Part shown: positions 41,335 to 44,989 of the stretch, in pieces | How positions within the stretch are numbered: the stretch's first letter is position 1 | How the letters are laid out: each line of letters opens with the position of its first letter | Source of the DNA: Verrucomicrobiia bacterium | Lineage (GTDB): Bacteria > Verrucomicrobiota > Verrucomicrobiia > Chthoniobacterales > Terrimicrobiaceae | Direction of reading: 5' to 3' | Assembly: GCA_037129975.1 (NCBI GenBank) | Contig: JBAXTX010000001.1 | Location: forward strand, 1-44,989 | DNA length: 44,989 bases | The notes under the pieces: model-generated | The model's database searches: none | What the model was told of the DNA's origin: nothing | What the model saw: the letters and a program-made list of their open reading frames with translations, nothing else | Program-made: the position numbers and the translations under genes

Positions 41335-44300
41335 TCAAAACCTGTCTTGTCCCCCTTTTGTTGACACGGGCGGCGGTGTGAGGGGTGGCAGGTCGCGGCA
41401 AGCGCCCGGCTCGATCTGGGCCCCGGGCATATCCACACGCGGCGCTTGAAGCGCTTCGTTCCTTGCTTGCGTGATGATCGCCAGCATGGCCTGGTATGAT
41501 CGTGCATTTGTGTCGGCAAAACTCACCGCCGGCACCCCCGCCCTGTCCGGCAAAGGCTGGCGTTTGGGGGTGAAGACATCCGGCGACTTGGCCGTCCAGT
41601 TCAGGATCAGCGGGTAATCGGGCGCGGCTGCCTTGCGCTCGCGACACCACCCCAAGCCGAGTGGCTGGCCAGGAGCCATTGGCGCGCGCAGCAAGCGGCT
41701 CTTCGCAGGCTCGCGCAAATTAACCCAGTCGTTGCCGATTGCTTTCGAATGACAGCGCAGGCAACCGGCGTTCTCCATCTCGCGCGTGAGCGACTCACCG
41801 ATCTTCAGCATCGCATTACACGTGGCGCTGGGGGTGTAATCCCAAGTTCCGTAATAACCGCTGTTGAGATCCATCCATGCCAGAAGCAGATCGATCTGCT
41901 GGCGGGGCATTTTTGCGAGCCGTCCTTTGTGGCCGCTGAGCAGAAGCGATGCCAGAGGCGCCTGGCCGGAGCCATGGGTCAGAGGCGGAAGGATCTCCAC
42001 GGTGCGCATCGCCGTATTGTCGCAGTTCAAAAAACCGGTCAGGGTGTTTTTGAGCAGCGTTTCGTAACTGATATTGAAGGCCCAGGTCCAGCCGCCGCTC
42101 AAGTCGAGGCCAGCCGCTATGCCATCTTGGCCGCCATGGCAGGAGACACAATTACGATCCAATACCGGTTGGACACGCTTAGCATAATCCAGAAACCCTG
42201 CGCCCCAGGATTCGGGTTCAATCTTTGCAGCTGGCTTTTGTAATGCCGCCAGCTTCAGTCTGGGGTTGGCTGGCGCCTGGTTGTCTTCTTTGTTGTGACA
42301 GCCTGTGCAAGAGCGCGTCGTCCCCTCAACCGCCTGAACAAAGGTGCGCTGGCTTTGCAGCATTCGACCATCCCCATCCAAAGCCTGAAAATAGAGCGCC
42401 TTACCCGGCGGCGCCTCGAAATAGGCGGTACCGTCGCTCTCGACCGGAACGACGCCAATGACATTCTTGAGGTCGTAGGAACCCTGCCAACTGACCAGAA
42501 ACGCCTGGTTCCACCAGCGTCCGCCCGGCGGACGGCCGCTTACCCGGGTGGTGGTTTCAATGATGCGCAATTTTTTCACCCTGCCGCGCTCGACGCCGGG
42601 CATCCCTTGGTAAATGTCATTCACCAGGAATCTGGCGGGTTGGCCAGGCTGAATCAACGAGGGCCGCATTGGGGGGCGCGGGCGCGCGGCGACCGGCCGC
42701 GGAGCATAGCAGGAAAAGAGGCCGTCGCGGTAGATCAAGGCGCGCGAGCCGAACCGATCGATCAATTGGATCGCCCCGCAGGTCCCGCCGCTCGGTTGGT
42801 TGTTGGCGATTAAGACGAAGTCCCGATCAAGCGGCCAAGGATCGCACGGGCCTTCGTACAACCCGCCACCCGCGGTCGAGTATTCTGTGGTAAAATTAGC
42901 GATGGCGGCCGGGGAATTTTTCCCCATCCGCGGATCGATCATGGCAATGGCGCCGACCGGTTGGCCGTTATGCCCGGAGAGTGTGGCGACAACCAGCTCA
43001 CTGTCAGGCACGGGCCGCGCCTGCAAAAGCGAGATTGGCAGGGCCATGTTATTGGCGAAAAACGCGGTTTCATTGCTGCCGTCCGGATTGACCGTCCAGA
43101 GGCATTGAATGTAGAACGCCGTCTTGTCTATGTATTCCCAGCGGCCGTAGAGGATCCGGCCGTCGGGCAGGACGCATGGGTCGAACTCGGACGCGTGATT
43201 GACGGAGAGGCATTTCAGGTCGCTCCCGTCGGCGTTGCAAGAGTGCAGGATGGCGAAGCGGTTGTTGAAGCACATCACCAGCCCACCGGCGCGAGTGCTG
43301 GTAAAGATGATCCGGCCGTCGGGGAGGTAGCAGGGATTGACGTCATGCTGCCCCATGCCCACAATACCGGACGGAGCTTTTTTGCAGGCGCAGTCAGCAC
43401 CCGGATTGGTGATCCGTCTTAGGCCCTTTCCGTCGATGCCGATTTCATAGAGGCTGGTATCGCCGTCTTCCTTGCCCTTAAAGGCGAAGAGAACGCGTTT
43501 GCCATCCCATGAGAGATCCGGATCGCGGTAGACGCCTTCGCCAAGGGTTTCAGGTGTTGTGGGATCGATCACCGCCCGGACCCGCTGCTTCGGCAGGGGA
43601 TCCGACGGATTCTCAAGCACATAAATCCCGCCGCCTGGATGCCACGTCAGATAAGTGTCGTAGATATGAGTGCTGTGGTAGAGCGGATGCCGGGCAAAGA
43701 GCAGCGGCTTGTCGAGCAGTGAACACAGAGCATGGCGTTTCACCTCGATGAACGCCTCGGCTTCCGCCAGGACCGTGAAGTCATAGGCCTCCAATCCAGC
43801 CCGGATGGCCCCCAACCGCGCACGAACCGACGCTATTTTTTCCTCATCTTGGCGATAATCGGCCGCCTTTTCGGTTTTGACCCGACAGAGCGCCTTCAAG
43901 GACTTTTCGAAATTCGCAAGGATTGTTTCCGTCAGCTCCTGCCGCGCGATCTCAAAACGTTGATAATCGTCAGGACCAAACGGCAGCGTATTCACACTGA
44001 AAATCGCATGTTGCTGAACGGACCCGTCATGATTGATTCCGACCAGAGACTCAAATCCAACGGCATCCGACGGCACCTCGAAGACCAGTCGGCTGTTGGC
44101 GAAAGCAAACAGACCACTGGTTAGAGTCCGGCCGGGGATTTGCAGCGGTTTTTGATCCGCGCCCCGGTCGACATATACCTGAAAGGCTCCCACTCTCGAG
44201 CTGGCCGGTTTGCACTTGGAGAGGGCCATCTTCGTCCCATCGCGCAAAATCAGAAAGGGCTCACCCCACACCGCATACCCCCCCCCCTGCGCTTCGAGCA

Positions 44301-44466
44301 CCAGGGTCTTCGCCCCAGTGATCGACAAAGTGATGGTGCGGGCAGGTTCACCGCCCTTGAGCGGGCCGCATTCGACCCGGTTGAACGCGGAGGGCTCGCT
44401 TCCCGGCACGGCCACGGAGCCAGCCAACAGAACTATGACGAGAGGCGTGATCAGTCGGAGTTTCAT
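41335..44466 (-). CDS. HzsA-related secreted protein: NPCBM-like module + helical region + TolB/PD40-like beta-propeller + three c-type haem motifs
   Basis: 1043 aa with signal [20 protein letters not shown]. The N-terminal NPCBM-like part is ...[50 protein letters not shown]. The propeller includes [14 protein letters not shown] and [13 protein letters not shown]. The haem motifs are [19 protein letters not shown] and [10 protein letters not shown]. It is a paralog of 15938-19471. Confidence 0.6.
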   Translation of the reverse strand: MKLRLITPLVIVLLAGSVAVPGSEPSAFNRVECGPLKGGEPARTITLSITGAKTLVLEAQGGGYAVWGEPFLILRDGTKMALSKCKPASSRVGAFQVYVDRGADQKPLQIPGRTLTSGLFAFANSRLVFEVPSDAVGFESLVGINHDGSVQQHAIFSVNTLPFGPDDYQRFEIARQELTETILANFEKSLKALCRVKTEKAADYRQDEEKIASVRARLGAIRAGLEAYDFTVLAEAEAFIEVKRHALCSLLDKPLLFARHPLYHSTHIYDTYLTWHPGGGIYVLENPSDPLPKQRVRAVIDPTTPETLGEGVYRDPDLSWDGKRVLFAFKGKEDGDTSLYEIGIDGKGLRRITNPGADCACKKAPSGIVGMGQHDVNPCYLPDGRIIFTSTRAGGLVMCFNNRFAILHSCNADGSDLKCLSVNHASEFDPCVLPDGRILYGRWEYIDKTAFYIQCLWTVNPDGSNETAFFANNMALPISLLQARPVPDSELVVATLSGHNGQPVGAIAMIDPRMGKNSPAAIANFTTEYSTAGGGLYEGPCDPWPLDRDFVLIANNQPSGGTCGAIQLIDRFGSRALIYRDGLFSCYAPRPVAARPRPPMRPSLIQPGQPARFLVNDIYQGMPGVERGRVKKLRIIETTTRVSGRPPGGRWWNQAFLVSWQGSYDLKNVIGVVPVESDGTAYFEAPPGKALYFQALDGDGRMLQSQRTFVQAVEGTTRSCTGCHNKEDNQAPANPRLKLAALQKPAAKIEPESWGAGFLDYAKRVQPVLDRNCVSCHGGQDGIAAGLDLSGGWTWAFNISYETLLKNTLTGFLNCDNTAMRTVEILPPLTHGSGQAPLASLLLSGHKGRLAKMPRQQIDLLLAWMDLNSGYYGTWDYTPSATCNAMLKIGESLTREMENAGCLRCHSKAIGNDWVNLREPAKSRLLRAPMAPGQPLGLGWCRERKAAAPDYPLILNWTAKSPDVFTPKRQPLPDRAGVPAVSFADTNARSYQAMLAIITQARNEALQAPRVDMPGAQIEPGACRDLPPLTPPPVSTKGGQDRF

Positions 44467-44864
44467 TGTTTATGACCTTCAGGCGCCAGGTGCGACGCCG
44501 GTTTATAGATGAACGAATCCCAATATTTGCGGTCCATTTCGTAAACATTGATCGGATCCTTCGCCAGATCGAACGTCTCGGGCAGCAGCCCGTATCGCTT
44601 CATCTCCCGCACGTACTCCGCCGGCGGTTTGAAACCCGGCATATCGAACCGCATACCGGTCTGCGCCAGCTTGTCGAGAACCGGCGTTTGATAGGTCTCG
44701 CCGCCGTCGGCCCCGATGCATTCGTAGCCAAGATCGTCAGCCAGGACAATGATAATGTTCGGCCGTTGCGACGGAGCTCCGGCAGAAGGTCCGGCAACGC
44801 CAGCCCTGCCGAACGCGGCCAATGCGAGCACGAGAGCGATTTCTTGCAATTTCCTCATTTTCAC
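44463..44864 (-). CDS. 132-aa chimeric ORF: signal peptide + first about 70 residues of a sulfatase, fused to an unrelated about 58-residue tail
   Basis: [19 protein letters not shown]...[40 protein letters not shown] is a sulfatase N-terminus that ends just before the CxPxR site. It is followed by [49 protein letters not shown].... The stop overlaps the start of the HzsA-related gene (ATGA at 44463-44466). Confidence 0.5.
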   Translation of the reverse strand: MKMRKLQEIALVLALAAFGRAGVAGPSAGAPSQRPNIIIVLADDLGYECIGADGGETYQTPVLDKLAQTGMRFDMPGFKPPAEYVREMKRYGLLPETFDLAKDPINVYEMDRKYWDSFIYKPASHLAPEGHKQ

Positions 44865-44989
44865 TTTTTCCCTTTCTCTGAAACGGTTCTTCTCAAAGTC
44901 ATTTCATATCCGAGTGATGGGGTGCTTGAGCACCGGCGGCTCGAATGCCCTATTCCTCAGGAATCTTTTTGTTTATTTACATTTGATGT

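Noticed and set aside
44865-44989. Small hairpins (GGTGCTTGAGCACC at about 44921-44934; ATTCCTCAGGAAT at about 44953-44965) at the right edge
   Set aside because: The stems are short (5 bp), there is no adjacent U-tract, and the window ends here so the context is unknown. This is not enough to call a terminator or operator.
1-44989. CRISPR arrays, rRNA genes, prophage, integrase at the tRNA, or toxin-antitoxin and classic defence operons
   Set aside because: I scanned for regularly spaced direct repeats, rRNA-like conserved stretches, and integrase, restriction or abortive-infection-type motifs. None were found. The only defence-associated signature is the DUF4338 domain, and here it is part of a transposase.

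Overview
This is a GC-rich bacterial chromosomal segment (about 60% GC by eye, not computed). Its gene content looks like a PVC-superphylum organism (Verrucomicrobiota, Kiritimatiellota or Planctomycetota-like): a PEP-CTERM protein, sulfatases, many secreted glycoside hydrolases and HzsA-related cytochromes. I can support about 33 apparently intact CDSs and one tRNA-Val(GAC). There is also one complete ISAs1-family insertion sequence with a target-site duplication. Five gene remnants are present: IS110 and IS4-like transposase stubs, kduI, a Gfo/Idh/MocA tail, and a sulfatase-head chimera. The core is a ~14 kb minus-strand operon: iclR, an HzsA-related haem/beta-propeller/discoidin protein, a beta-propeller, a GH106-like enzyme, GH2 and GH95, with a divergent sulfatase. 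A second HzsA-related paralog, with an NPCBM-like module and three CxxCH motifs, lies at 41.3-44.5 kb. Four things stand out. (i) The HzsA-like cytochromes carry carbohydrate-binding-type modules and sit inside glycan-degradation loci. (ii) The ISAs1 transposase carries an N-terminal DUF4338 (Druantia DruA-type) domain and is interrupted exactly at a T_TTT_TTG slippery heptamer. (iii) A thioesterase / B12-radical-SAM / PlsC-type acyltransferase / alpha-beta-hydrolase operon is a candidate lipid-tailoring system. (iv) An alkaline-phosphatase homolog has lost its nucleophile and the metal-ligand motifs I can place. I saw no CRISPR array, rRNA or prophage. Many long ORFs in the track are antisense shadow ORFs of GC-rich genes and were rejected. 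All family calls come from motif and pattern recognition by eye; no searches were run.
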